A DNA stretch of 63,434 nt, filler included, from Octopus bimaculoides (lineage: Eukaryota): assembly GCF_001194135.2 (NCBI RefSeq). It is 5 parts of 5 records of this genome, joined end to end, with 100 filler letters (N's around TTAATTAATTAA, not from the genome) between each part and the next. Parts side by side here need not be neighbours in the genome. Positions count along the whole stretch, not along the records: positions 1 to 23,533 come from NC_068987.1; positions 23,634 to 41,840 come from NC_069006.1; 3 more parts are not named here. The stretch is one strand, 5' to 3'. The notes under the pieces are model-generated. The model was given only the letters and a program-made list of their open reading frames with translations, was not told where the DNA came from and ran no database searches. Each line of letters begins with the position of its first letter. Positions within the stretch are counted from its first letter, which is position 1. Below are positions 11,197 through 24,574 of the stretch, piece by piece. The translations under genes and the position numbers were made by a program.

Positions 11197-11600
11197 CAGC
11201 AATCAAGTTTCGAAGATGTGTCATTCTCTATTCTTCTTTATGATTTGTTGATTATATACATATATACACTATGTGCTGTATAAAATCCAATGCAGTGAAC
11301 TCAGGATTTACCTATTGAGTGAAGTACCGCGTAACTGTTTATCTTGAATTTTATATGTTCCTTATCTTTCGATGTGGTTAGTCAGAACCTGTATTATATC
11401 AGAGCTCTAATGTGGCTAACCACATCGAATGATAAAGAACCTATAAAATTCAAGATAAACAGTTACGCGGTACTTCACTCAATAGGTAAATCCCGAGTTC
11501 GCTGCACTGGATTTTATACAGCACACAGAGTATATATGTATATAATCAACAAATCATAAAGATGAATAGAGAATGAGACATCTTCGAAACTTGATTGCTG
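11197..11600. mobile_element. Foldback palindromic element (MITE-like), 188-bp arms and 28-bp loop
   Basis: 11197-11384 is the near-perfect reverse complement of 11413-11600 (e.g. GTGAAGTACCGCGTAACTGTTTATCTTGAATTTTATA / TATAAAATTCAAGATAAACAGTTACGCGGTACTTCAC). Confidence 0.9.
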
Positions 11601-12159
11601 CACAGCAGAAGTTTGATAAGTGACAACGTACGAAACTCTCGGACCATGAGTCACTTTCTTACTTCGGTTAAATAATAAAAATATACATACACTCATATTT
11701 TGAGTTCTATTTTTCTTGTTTGCATCAGCATGCCTATATANNNNNNNNNNNNNNNNNNNNNNNNNNNNNNNNNNNNNNNNNNNNNNNNNNNNNNNNNNNN
11801 NNNNNNNNNNNNNNNNNNNNNNNNNNNNNNNNNNNNNNNNNNNNNNNNNNNNNNNNNNNNNNNNNNNNNNNNNNNNNNNNNNNNNNNNNNNNNNNNNNNN
11901 NNNNNNNNNNNNNNNNNNNNNNNNNNNNNNNNNNNNNNNNNNNNNNNNNNNNNNNNNNNNNNNNNNNNNNNNNNNNNNNNNNNNNNNNNNNNNNNNNNNN
12001 NNNNNNNNNNNNNNNNNNNNNNNNNNNNNNNNNNNNNNNNNNNNNNNNNNNNNNNNNNNNNNNNNNNNNNNNNNNNNNNNNNNNNNNNNNNNNNNNNNNN
12101 NNNNNNNNNNNNNNNNNNNNNNNNNNNNNNNNNNNNNNNNNNNNNNNNNNNNNNNNNNN

Positions 12160-12195
<36 letters not shown>

Positions 12196-13944
12196 CGATA
12201 TCTCTAAAACTACGACTAATTTAATATTAGTTAGCAATATTTTAATATATCAATATCCTGGAGAAACTTAAGTTTAGAGCAGTTTTTTCGCACTTATATC
12301 ATCCGTAGAGTCCTTTACACGATGAAATATCAATACCATACTCATCTTCGTAAGTCGAATTTAAATTTACTTATATTTGAATTTTCCAGAGAATTCCTTT
12401 ACAATATAAAAAAAAAGACACTGTAGTAGATTTCGCGGTTTTCCGGTTTCAGCCGTATCTGTTTTTATTGGTATATTTTAATATTTTTTATTTTCTGAGC
12501 GGTATAAATTCGTAATCCGCTACAACCCTCTTTGTTTTACTCCCTTGATGATTGTACAGACATAGATTAAGCTCTGTTGAAAGAAATGCGAATACCCATG
12601 TGTTGCGAACCTAGAAAGATAATGTTTGCACATGTGAATTGATATGTGTAACGATGTTCCAAGTTATGGTGCTAATTCGATTTCAGTTAGTGATAATTAT
12701 ATATCAATAGTCTTGAGAGGAATTAGTGCGGAATATGTATAAATGTATGTATGTATGTATGTATGTATGTATGTATGTATGTATGTATGTATGTACGCAT
12801 GTATGTATGTACGCATGCATGTATGTATGTTTGTATGTATGCATGCATGCATGTATGTATGTATGTATAAATCTGTGTATATCTATGTGTAGACACATAC
12901 ATATATCTATGTGTATGTTTGGATGTACATGTGCGCATAGGCATAGTGTATTTATATTATATATATNNNNNNNNNNNNNNNNNNNNNNNNNNNNNNNNNN
13001 NNNNNNNNNNNNNNNNNNNNNNNNNNNNNNNNNNNNNNNNNNNNNNNNNNNNNNNNNNNNNNNNNNNNNNNNNNNNNNNNNNNNNNNNNNNNNNNNNNNN
13101 NNNNNNNNNNNNNNNNNNNNNNNNNNNNNNNNNNNNNNNNNNNNNNNNNNNNNNNNNNNNNNNNNNNNNNNNNNNNNNNNNNNNNNNNNNNNNNNNNNNN
13201 NNNNNNNNNNNNNNNNNNNNNNNNNNNNNNNNNNNNNNNNNNNNNNNNNNNNNNNNNNNNNNNNNNNNNNNNNNNNNNNNNNNNNNNNNNNNNNNNNNNN
13301 NNNNNNNNNNNNNNNNNNNNNNNNNNNNNNNNNNNNNNNNNNNNNNNNNNNNNNNNNNNNNNNNNNNNNNNNNNNNNNNNNNNNNNNNNNNNNNNNNNNN
13401 NNNNNNNNNNNNNNNNNNNNNNNNNNNNNNNNNATATATATATATATATATATAGGGCACCAAAAATCTTTTATTGTTTTATCGATGTTTTGCAACAAAC
13501 ATAAAATATAAAATATATGCCGGCAACAAAAATTATAAACGAAGTTAATTTGTGAAGATAAAGTTCAGATGTTAGCTGCAATATCATTTATTTACCATCA
13601 ATAATTCCAAAACGTAATCAGAAACCTATTTGACACTGTTAGTATTAACCACGTTACTGGTACAATATCAATATCCTTCTTGCACATTTGCTGCATATTG
13701 AGGATTGGAGGTACGAAAGCCACACGGATAACGGATCGGATAATAATGGATGACCGTTCTGACGCCAATTCTTATTTCACTTATAGGCAGAGCTTCGTTC
13801 TTCACTATAACTTTTCTTGACTAAAGATTGATGCCTGCTATCACTGTCCTGCTGCTGCTGCTGCTGTTGTTGTTGTTGTTGAATTGTTGTTGGTAAGCTT
13901 TAGATTAGCCCGGATTAGATGGACCTGTGATCAAATGTCTAAAA

Positions 13945-14160
13945 AAGATGGTGAGCTGGCAGAATCGTTAGCGTGCCGGACGAAAAGCTTAGCGGTATTT
14001 CGCCCGTCGCTACGTTTTGAGTTCAAATTCCGTCGAAGTCGACTTTACCTTTCATCCTTTCGGGGTCGATAAATTAAGTACCAGTTGAGTACTAGTGTCG
14101 ATATAATCGACTTGCCTCTTCCCCCCAAATTTCAGGCCTTGTGCCTATAGTAGAAAAGAT
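13945..14160 (+). mobile_element. SINE family B (tRNA-derived)
   Basis: Head GGTGAGCTGGCAGAATCGTTAGC, B box GAGTTCAAATTCC, body TTTCATCCTTTCGGGGTCGATAAATTAAGTACCAGTT; many similar copies in window. Confidence 0.85.
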
Positions 14161-15147
14161 CAAATGTCTAAAACTATGACCAGCAATTGCACGATATTTT
14201 CTCAGGTTACTTTATCTAGGGCGATATTGTTTTAGGTGACCTTCGTTTTTTAAGTTGTTAGAATGGGAATGAGAATTGATAGCTATTTTCAGAGAATCGA
14301 TCAGTGAAGTAAAGATTTATAAGCGTAATAGTTAGAGGTAAGCTCCCAACAAGTCAGAGGTTTTTGATATCCAATTGTAATCTCTTTGTTTCAGCTACAT
14401 CGATCTTTCTTATTTCACCGATCTTCCCTATTTCTCCTTTCCACAAATTACAATCTTTGTATCTATCAACATCGGTCATACTGAAAGGCTTTAAGACAGA
14501 TAAGTTCCAATAGGTTGAGTTGTGATTATTTGTATGAATCCTAAAATTACAAGTGTTACTTGTCCATGCTACGAGTTATTCATTCACCTCTTTTTATTGA
14601 TTCCAGCTACTAGGCTGTGACTAAGATGGGCCACCACTGTCAATGCCGCAATATTGTTTCCTTGTGTTTCGTATTTGTTGAGTGAGTTTGCTGACGTTAC
14701 CTAAAGCTGCATCTCCTGTTGCGTAAAGCTTGAACTCAGATCTTATACAGATTGTCCAAGGGTAATCTGAACACCTGGCATCCACCTCAAATAGATCCTT
14801 TATAGTTTTAGGGATGGACATTAGATTACTGAAACATTTGACGAACTGGCTATTGTAATATCAAGATAAAAGTGGAGAAGACCGAGGGGTTTTTAAACAT
14901 TATACAATATTACTGTGTTTCATAACTTTTTATGCTTAAATTTAGCCTCAACTTGTCCAAGAGCTTTTAGGTTTACAGAATATTATATCCTTCAAGCTAG
15001 GAAACAAGGCCTTCAGTTTTTCTGTAGAGCAGCTGCTTCTTAGAAGAAGAAAGAACCTTCTGTATGTATGTTCATTAAGTTGGTTACAAATCTGCAGAGT
15101 ACTTGGATCTATGAGAGGAACACAGCTGGAAGCAATAATGACTTCAA

Positions 15148-15353
15148 ATTTTGGCACAAGGCCAACAAATTTTAGAAGAGGAATTTAATCAATTACTCGA
15201 CCTTCAGTGTTCAACTGGAACTTATTTTACCGATTAAACGATGAAATGCAAAGTCGCCCTCGGTAGAATTTGAATTCAGGACGTAAAGAGCAGGAAGAAA
15301 TGTCACTAAGCGGTTTTTCCGGTGTACTCGCAATTCAATCAGCTCGCCGCCTT
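15148..15353 (-). mobile_element. SINE family B
   Basis: Reverse complement of family B head (CAGCTCGCCGCCTT) and body. Confidence 0.75.
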
Positions 15354-16199
15354 AGTTACAAGTAATAATCCAAACATCAGTAACAAATGCCTGACAGAAC
15401 CATACATCCTCTAGATCTATACTACCACTTTTTAGGGTGATATTGTGGAATGGTTCCTCGTTGCGACTTCAAATATCAACGTTTTAATCTAATATCTATT
15501 AAAATACTCGTTAATTATATATCTACTATTTACAGATGTGAATTATTAATAGCTGTATGAACTGAACCAGAATGAGTTATATATCTGATTTAAACATATA
15601 CCAACGCTGGCGGCATGATTTGAATAATCAGCCATTGAAACATTTAGTTTGATTTATTAGTGGCTCGACCTACTCGACTCAGAGAGATAAATGGCAAAGT
15701 CGATCATAAATAAACCCATTTACCTATTTTTGACAAATTTCATGTTACATGTAATGAATATGTTATTATCCAGAGATATTTACGGCTTGCATTTCTTAGT
15801 TTGAATTTCATTTTATAAATTTTAACATGAAAAGAGGACTCAGCGTCGCCATATTGTTGAAGTAAAAGAATTAAACACTCAGCTGCTACTAAATGATACA
15901 TTTTAACGAAATGATCCTAACGATCTTAAAATTGAAACGGGGTATTGTTTTGGTTTTCTTTTTTATCCCCGCCATTTACACGAAGTATTATGAGTCAATA
16001 AAGGAGCCTTTGCGTAGTTGCTAAATCTGTTAGAAATAGAAGCCAACCTTCTTTTGAATTACATTTTGTCGCCTTAAAATCGAAACTCACACGAGACTAT
16101 ATAGTCCTTGATATAAAAAAAGGTGAGATGGTCACAGTTGTAACAGTTTTTATATTGGCCGCGAGGGGTATTTAAGGATACTTGAGTATCAGTATATTA

Positions 16200-17323
16200 C
16201 TCTTTTCAACTTATCAAAAATCATCTATTTCTTTCAGGATCACTTATAACAGATAAAATGCTAACACAAAAATTGAAAAGACATGTAATCATTGTTGCTA
16301 TATGTGCGGAACACAGTGATGTAGGAGTTACCAACTTTCTAAATGTACACAAAGTTCAACTGGAATTGGAAGCCTCTGGCAAGAATGTTTCAACTGTATC
16401 AAAGAGAAAAAAATACGTTCTAAATGTTCGAACACTACTGTTACAGGACACCTCAATCCAACAGGTTTAAAGCATCGATGATGATCCCGGAAATCAATGC
16501 GGTTCATTGCCAAGAACTTCAGATGTCGGAGTGGGCTATCAGAATTGTGATACATAGGACATTCGGTGCTAGTCATACGTACTAAAAAGAGACTAATTCA
16601 TGTCTGCAAGTGGTTACCTAACATGGAATGCTTCGGTTTTCCGATCAAAATCAACTGTCCAAGAGAAATGACAGATGACAGATGACAGACTGTGACGCGA
16701 AGACCATTCTGATGTTCTCAGAGTGATGCTCACTAAGTTTCCAATAACTGTGGTGATTTTAGAAGCGGTGAGTAATGAAGGTTATGTTATGACAGCTCAC
16801 ATATTTCAACAGGATCTTAGAATACATTGAGATGCTGGAGTCATTTGTTAAGCCCTGGATAGATGAATATGCAGTGCAAGGTCCTAAGTGTTTCAACAAG
16901 ATTCTAAATATTCTCATAAAGTCCATGTTATTCAAGAATTGATATTAAACAAAATTGAATATCCTGTAAAACTAAATTCATAACCTCTAGAGACTCAACA
17001 GACTGAAATCACATGGTTACGTTTAGAGCGTCGTTGAAAGGGAGACTAATCGACATTCTCACTGTATCATAGCTTCACTGAAGGCCACCACTGTTTTGGA
17101 TGATGTCCGAAACGAATAACGAATTGTTTAAAGCAGGCATGTCAACGATTCCAGTCCCGCATTGATGTAGTCATCGAAGCTGAAGGCGGATTCATTTATT
17201 AATCTTATGACAATACTAAGCGAGAATATGTGCACAAATATTTAATAAAATACACTTAGATTTTTGCTAGATTACTGTTGTTTTATTACCAAATATACCT
17301 TCAGTTATATCTTGCATTCCGTA
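16200..17323 (+). mobile_element. Decayed Tc1/mariner-superfamily (maT/DD37D-like) transposon
   Basis: Fragments IDDDPGKSMRFIAK, VSNEGYVMTAHIFQQ, MLESFVKPWID, VFQQDS; right end reverse complement TACGGAATGCAAGATATAACTG resembles a TIR. Confidence 0.7.
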
Positions 17324-18025
17324 AATAGGTCTGTGAGATAAAGAATGGCCTGGAGCTAAACAACTACCAAAATGGAAAGTCTGACAGTGTTATTGGTACG
17401 GACACTGCATTGCGCCGGGTTTAAGAAACGAACTAAAGATCTTTAATCTGGCTCCCTATCATTACATTTCAGCTGCGACTCTTCAATGTAGGGCTACTTT
17501 ATATATTTTTCTTCTGAAATCTTCTTATTGATCAATTCCTCTATTGAATTGTACTTTCTTCACTAAGAGCTACTTTGTCGAAGATTATTATTGATAAGGA
17601 TGCTGCTAGATGAAATTCTTTTTTTTTGCCTAAAAAACAGAAAATAACTATATTTATCGAACATGATTAAAGAAATAAACCAAGCAACTAAACAACTAAA
17701 TAAATAAACGAAAAAACAATAAAAAACAAACAAACGAAAAGGCAAGAGATCTCCAGACAATATCAATTTAAGAATAGTTTATTGAGTTCTGATATTATTT
17801 CCAGTCAATCTCTTTAGTTGAGCTGTTTTTATTGTTGTAGGTGTTGTAGCCCAAGATGAAGAAGAAGAAGAAGAAGAAAAATAGAAAAAGAAAAAAACAA
17901 CAAAAAAACAGGCTGGGAAACGGTTTACTTCGTAGTTATTGCTGCTGCCGCTGCTTTTGCTTCTGTTGCAACTTGGTGAAGATGGTTGGTCATTTTATCG
18001 TGTTTATCTGCGCTAGCAAGTGGTT

Positions 18026-18110
18026 TCACGAGATTGATGATGAGTGTCTTGCCATTGCTGAAGCGAAGGGATATCTTATCGATTCAGACAAACTTCTAGC
18101 TTTCCATTGT
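18026..18110 (-). CDS. Candidate terminal exon, unknown protein
   Basis: Acceptor CCTTTTAATTCAG; phase 2; QWKARSLSESIRYPFASAMARHSSSIS-stop. No homology recognised. Confidence 0.25.
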
Positions 18111-19138
18111 CTGAATTAAAAGGATAGAATAGCAGTTAAAACACAACACTACAGAATAATAATGATAAAGGTGGTTAACTGCGAAGAGAAGCCCGAGCAT
18201 CACTATTTCAATGCCATCTCACAACCAAATAACTGGGCTAACTTCAATGCAATGTAATGAAGACACACACACACACACACACACGCACTCACGCACGCAC
18301 ACACGCACACAGAGATTTTAATGTAGTTGACCAACAGAATACCTCTTTTATTTGTGATCTGTCATTCGATAGTGGCCATGCTGNNNNNNNNNNACACACA
18401 CACACACACACACACACATAAATACACGCGACGGGATTCCACATAATTTCCGTCAAAAAAATTCTATTCTCAAGGTACTGGTCAACCCGATGCTATTTGG
18501 GAAGACTTGCCGAACAGCTGCATAGTAGGATCGAATCAAAAGCTATGAGGTTACGAAAAGAAATTCTTCACCACGAGATATATTAAAAGGAAACCTAATT
18601 CTGTTGACCAATTAAACATTTTACCAAATTTATTCAGCTGTATTCTTGAGTTGCAGGGAAGTAAATCGATAGATTATTGTCCAGCTCATAAGGTTTCTGT
18701 AAGCCTACATTATGTATTACCACTGTTACATTGTGTTCATGATCAAGATTCTAAACTCTGAAATAATTCAGTACACTTAACTAGAAACGGAGATTATGAT
18801 CGCTACAGTTCTCTGCTTTGTTCATTAAGAGCATTATAAATATGATAGGCATTTCGTTAACTTGAAATATTGATTTCAACATTTCCTGCTGTCTATCACT
18901 TGAAGACGAACAGAATTTATCAGAGACGTCCAGTTGCACTACGATGCACTAAATGAAAATGGGGTTTCATCTAGTGTTTCATCAATTCAATTGGTTATGG
19001 GAGTCAACTTATATCCTTGTATAATAGTGAGTTCTGCAGAATTACATTTAAGTCCTCGATCGAGTTTCCTTTTACAAATAATGCCCTTGTTTTCTGGTTA
19101 TATATGATATTATTGCTATCAATATTTCACACTAAAAT

Positions 19139-19355
19139 AAGATGATGAGCTGGCAGAATCGTTATCACGTCGGGAAAAATGCTTAGCAGCATTTTGTTCG
19201 TCTTTACATTTTGACTTTTCAAATTCTTCCGACGTCGGCTTTGCCTTTCATCCTTTCGGAGTCGATAAAATAAGTACCAGTTGAGTACTAGGGTAGATAT
19301 AATTGACTTATCCCCTCCCCTGAAACTACTGGTCTAGTGTCAAAATTAGAAACCA
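19139..19355 (+). mobile_element. SINE family B
   Basis: GATGAGCTGGCAGAATCGTTA head, CTTTCATCCTTTCGGAGTCGATAAAATAAGTACCAGTT body. Confidence 0.8.
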
Positions 19356-19865
19356 ATATTTCATACTAAAGTTCTAACTTTTTAAAAAAAATTATGATAA
19401 TACTTAATTTTGTGCTTGGCTTGTCTCCATTTATTTTTGTAAAAATTAATTTCCTCGACTGAAAAACAACATTTATCATCAGCTTGTCAATATAAATTTA
19501 TTTGCTTTAATTATGCAAAGTATATATTTGTTTTCATTATGTTTATAATGTTTGAAGTGAGTCAGTGAATCACAGAATTTGTTTTGTGCTGTTATATAAT
19601 AGATTTAGATAATTGAAAATATCTAAGTTACACGCATAATTCATCTTAACGTTTTAGCCACTATACAGAACATTATTCACTCCAGTAATTAAACACCCAT
19701 ACGTCTAGATTGTAATTAAACACTCATACGTCTAGATTGGCAACAATATGTTTCAGTTTATTCTAAGATAGGTGCATTGGTGATCTCCTAGGTTTTCCAA
19801 ATACCATTTTATTCTCAAAGTTATCTTTACAAACACAATCCAAAAGATAGAACAACGGAATTTAC

Positions 19866-20027
19866 TCTAGATTGTTTGAAGAGAGGCTTGTCTTTCCGGT
19901 GAGTTTTGCAAGAAGGCACGAAACTTCAGATTTTATATAAGAAGATTGACTCTCTTGTTCGTTTACGACAAACACATCGCGATGTGAATTGGCTATAGCG
20001 AATCTCTCAATTGTCAGCTTAGTACTT
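19866..20027 (-). CDS. Candidate internal exon, unknown protein
   Basis: Acceptor TTTCAAATACAG, donor GA|GTAAAT, phase 2 to 2, STKLTIERFAIANSHRDVFVVNEQESQSSYIKSEVSCLLAKLTGKTSLSSNNL; a competing plus-strand microexon exists at 19871-19898. Confidence 0.25.
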
Positions 20028-21020
20028 CTGTATTTGAAACTTGTGTAAAATTCACTTTTTACTAGACATCTAACCACAAGTAAGTTGGATGATTTAAACT
20101 AAGCAGTATATGATAACAAAACCGCTTTTAAGTTAAGCAATATCAGAGTTGGTTATTGTGGTAAGATGCACCTTCCTATGATATTTACTAATATTTTTTT
20201 TTTTTTGTATTTACCTTAGACATTGTCAACTGACATTTCACATTTGATATGAATCATTGGCATTTTTGCTTTTGCTAACCCGGAACCACAATGGACATCT
20301 GTAAAAACGTCTTAGCTTCAACATATTTTTAAAATCCAAGTGATGAGATATTTTTAAGAGAGCTCATTTTCTCCTCTTGGTTACAGAATATTCGAATAGC
20401 AATATAATTGTGACTAACAAAATTTACAATACATATCCGCTACCTGACTGAGCTATTCGATTTCATTGACGTTTCATGTAATTTCCAGTGATAGTATATA
20501 GTCTGGACCGATGTTTCCAGTGGTTAAACAAATGATTCAGTGTCTTTAATGTTATTTCTAGAAATACATTTGTTTGTGAAGATGCATAATGCATAGTTAA
20601 TATGCTTCTCAAAAATCGAAGTTTAAAGACAAAATAAACATCATTTTCATTTTTCGAATGATTATTTGGCATTAGGAAGAAATTGCCGCTATAAAATATC
20701 TAAACTCTAACAGTTCAACATAAAAGCCAAATTATTTTAAAGACTGTTATATTTTGAGATATATAAGCTAATTTTACATCTGAGTTTTAATAGCCTTTTA
20801 GGCAAAGAGAAAAATATGCTACGATGCGTTATATTAACCTTAAAATAGAAATAAACGTGCATTTAAGTAAGCCCAATCCTGAAAATATTAAGTTAGCTTT
20901 TCGTTTTATGTTAGAAAATGTGGCCCTAAAATTGCATACTATTTTTAATCTCCTGGATCCATAACAGTAAATTTGGCTATTAATCGCCGTGACCTAAGTA
21001 ATAACGCTGCTGATTCAAAC

Positions 21021-21090
21021 CTTTCCTTCCTTCCTTCCTCCCTCCCTTCCTTCCTTCCTTCCTTCCTTCCTTCCTTCCTTCCTTCCTTCC
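21021..21090 (+). repeat. (TTCC)n microsatellite
   Basis: About 17 units, directly visible. Confidence 0.9.
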
Positions 21091-21200
21091 TTTATTATTT
21101 TGCTATTGCCTATTCAATTTCTCTATGCTCAAGACAAAATATAGTAGTACACATATAGAAAGAACAATGCTTTACCCTTATCCATTACTTTGGCACCTAC

Positions 21201-21300
21201 TGACGAAAACTAACGAGGAGCTTGTCTATTACATTTTCGTGGAAGCGGTAATACAACGAACTAACAACATCCTCCTGTCTAATATGTTTCAGATTTACGA
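21201..21300 (-). CDS. Candidate exon running out of an N gap
   Basis: Open frame VNLKHIRQEDVVSSLYYRFHENVIDKLLVSFR, donor CA|GTAGGT (phase 2); acceptor not visible. Confidence 0.25.
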
Positions 21301-22545
21301 NNNNNNNNNNNNNNNNNNNNNNNNNNNNNNNNNNNNNNNNNNNNNNNNNNNNNNNNNNNNNNNNNNNNNNNNNNNNNNNNNNNNNNNNNNNNNNNNNNNN
21401 NNNNNNNNNNNNNNNNNNNNNNNNNNNNNNNNNNNNNNNNNNNNNNNNNNNNNNNNNNNNNNNNNNNNNNNNNNNNNNNNNNNNNNNNNNNNNNNNNNNN
21501 NNNNNNNNNNNNNNNNNNNNNNNNNNNNNNNNNNNNNNNNNNNNNNNNNNNNNNNNNNNNNNNNNNNNNNNNNNNNNNNNNNNNNNNNNNNNNNNNNNNN
21601 NNNNNNNNNNNNNNNNNNNNNNNNNNNNNNNNNNNNNNNNNNNNNNNNNNNNNNNNNNNNNNNNNNNNNNNNNNNNNNNNNNNNNNNNNNNNNNNNNNNN
21701 NNNNNNNNNNNNNNNNNNNNNNNNNNNNNNNNNNNNNNNNNNNNNNNNNNNNNNNNNNNNNNNNNNNNNNNNNNNNNNNNNNNNNNNNNNNNNNNNNNNN
21801 NNNNNNNNNNNNNNNNNNNNNNNNNNNNNNNNNNNNNNNNNNNNNNNNNNNNNNNNNNNNNNNNNNNNNNNNNNNNNNNNNNNNNNNNNNNNNNNNNNNN
21901 NNNNNNNNNNNNNNNNNNNNNNNNNNNNNNNNNNNNNNNNNNNNNNNNATTTCACAAAAGGGAAGAGGGGAGAACGAGAAAAAAAAATGGGTGGAAAGGC
22001 TGAATAAACGAAGAAATAGATAAGTAAGCAAAACAGAAAACTAAAGAAACAAACGATGGTAGAAGATATTTATAAATAGATAATGATATATAGAGAAAGA
22101 GATAGGAAATTATGGTTTAATATAGTTTCTGTAATGAAAAAAGTAAAAGAAGAAAAACAGAAATAGAAAAAGAAAATCCATTTTCTCTCCAAAATTCGTT
22201 TCGTTTCGTAATAGTGAAGAAATAGATTAGAAACTTCGCAATATACTTTGCAATATCTTTTGAAGATCTTTAGGGTGATAAATCACTGACTATCGATTTA
22301 ATAACATTCGATAAACTCCCCCTTTTTCTGGATGACTAACCATGGTGGCAACATACTGCACTGGTTTTTATTAAAATTAACTCCTGCTCGAAAAGAACTT
22401 ACAAAGTAGATGGTAAATTGGAATTTATTTTTAGGGAAACAAAATGGCTGAAAATGGCTAGAAACACCGATAAAATGACAAATTAATTAGTTTTCGTTTT
22501 GCCTATCTAGAAGAATTAGGGAAAAGACACATACACACACTCACA

Positions 22546-22577
<32 letters not shown>

Positions 22578-22970
22578 CACACAAAAACAAATAATAATGT
22601 GATAAAAATATTGACTGCAATAGGAAAAGCCTGATGGATAAAAGATTTCACTACGAAGTTTGTTAAGTCATGCGTTTGTTATGCTATAAACTATGAAAGT
22701 GTAACCAGTATATAGCCGACGTTTTAGCAACAGTATAGGCATGGAATTTTTGTGGTATTCATGGCTGTAACGGTAAGAAGAAAAAAATCAGTAATGTGAA
22801 TTATTACTTTGAGATACCATTCACATGAAAGCCAACAGCTTAGTGTTATGACAACTTACGCAGTGAAAGCCCAAGAGGTGATTAGAAATACCTATTTAGT
22901 GAAAAAAAAAGTCAATATCAGTCCAATAACCAAATATTATTTTAATCATACTTGTAAGTACGGGATATAA

Positions 22971-23012
22971 CTTTGGACATGTTTCAGTCATATTGGACCT
23001 TCTCAGCGAAAC
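22971..23012 (-). ncRNA. Minimal Penelope-type hammerhead-like motif, core damaged
   Basis: Minus strand TTTCG-CTGAGAA-GGTC-CAATAT-GACT-GAAAC-AT-GTC-CAAAG: 4-bp stem II, palindromic ACATGT stem III, GUC triplet; core CTGAGAA is one change from CUGANGA. Confidence 0.5.
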
Positions 23013-23131
23013 ATAGACTTCACATGTAACAAAGTTACGATAGGAGACCCATAAATAAAATTACAATACCGTACACGATTAGGCTTGAAAAATTAACATA
23101 TTTGAAACAAAAAATCACCGAGGACGAGTGA

Positions 23132-23172
<41 letters not shown>

Positions 23173-23490
23173 TTGCCGCAACGTTTGGGCTGGTATTCGT
23201 TAAGAGCGTCGATCAAGGACAAAACGCACCACTCGGGCTAGAAACAAGACACACCGATTATAATCGTGAACTAAACACCCTACTCACTAGACCATGCACC
23301 TTTACATAGTACACGCGCGCAAGCACAAACATGCAAAATCTTCAGATTTGTTCATATTAAAACTGTAATATAGAAATCTTTCCCTTAATCCTCTACAAGT
23401 CTCTCAAAATCAGTACTATAGTTTTCTAGTTTCCGTAGTTTGTTTTCAAACTACTTCTCCTTTTCTTCCGCTCACACACACACACACACG

Positions 23491-23533
<43 letters not shown>

Positions 23534-23633
23534 NNNNNNNNNNNNNNNNNNNNNNNNNNNNNNNNNNNNNNNNNNNNTTAATTAATTAANNNNNNNNNNN
23601 NNNNNNNNNNNNNNNNNNNNNNNNNNNNNNNNN
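23534..23633. other. Artificial scaffold-join spacer
   Basis: Exactly N44-TTAATTAATTAA-N44 (linker 23578-23589), stops in all six frames. Confidence 0.95.
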
Positions 23634-23910
23634 GATCTAATCAACTACCCCCTCCCCAAAAATTTCAGGCCTTGTGCCTTGAGTAGAAAGGAATAATAAT
23701 CCTTTCTACTAAAGACACAAGGCCTGAAATTTGGAGGAAGGAGACTAGTTGATTACATCAACCCCAGTACGCAACTGGTACTTAATTTATCAACCCCGAA
23801 AGGATGAAAGGCAAAGTCGACCTCGGCGGAATTTGAACTTTAGAACATAACGGACAAAATGCTTCTTAGCATTTTGCCCGGTACAAATAACGGTTCTGCC
23901 ACCTTGCTGT
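23634..23910 (-). mobile_element. SINE family B fragments (two pieces)
   Basis: AACTGGTACTTAATTTATCAACCCCGAAAGGATGAAAGGCAAAGTCGACCTCGGCGGAATTTGAAC. Confidence 0.8.
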
Positions 23911-24496
23911 CTTGTTGTTGTTGAGGAGGAGGAGGAAGAGGAGGAGGGAGGAGAGTGATAATAACTTTGATAATAATTTTTTTTTATAATGATAAAGATT
24001 TTTATGAGAAAATTGTTTTGTTAATTTTCAATTGATTTCTTTTAAATTATGTTTATTTTTCATTTGTATTGTTTTGTTGTTTTAATTAATTAATTAGAAA
24101 CAAAATAATATGGCTTGATGCCTTCCATTAAATATGCATGTAGAAATGGTGAAATACTTGTCTATTGTTTTGAAGCATGGAAGCAGTAAATAATCAAGGA
24201 GGAAAGCGGTAAGATGTCTGTGGCAATCTTTGTAATTCCTCAATGAAATTTCAAATTCATAATTCCCATTTTTCTCAGTAAAAATCTTCTTCTTCAGATA
24301 TACCTGATAAAACACCTCCTCCTTCATTCCCCCCATCAATTCATCCTATTGATTTATTTATATTTATTTATATATTTAGTCATGTAACAAAAAATTTAGA
24401 AAAAACAAAAAACAAAGTTAATGTATTTCTCTAAATTCTTCATCCATCTGATCAATTCTCAATTATTTTATTGAGATTTCTTCATGCATCAATATA

Positions 24497-24531
<35 letters not shown>

Positions 24532-24532
24532 C

Positions 24533-24570
<38 letters not shown>

Positions 24571-24574
24571 TGAT

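Noticed and set aside
13600-13810. Cadherin-like DTVSINHVTGTISI on the plus strand
   Set aside because: Only a short resemblance; no other cadherin motifs or long ORF.
14621-15157. Two minus-strand ORFs of 66-69 aa in unique sequence
   Set aside because: No recognisable motif and no convincing splice-site pairing; the second starts inside a SINE.
24094-24339. 81-aa minus-strand ORF as a further exon
   Set aside because: Mediocre splice sites and no phase link to the supported exons; left unassigned.
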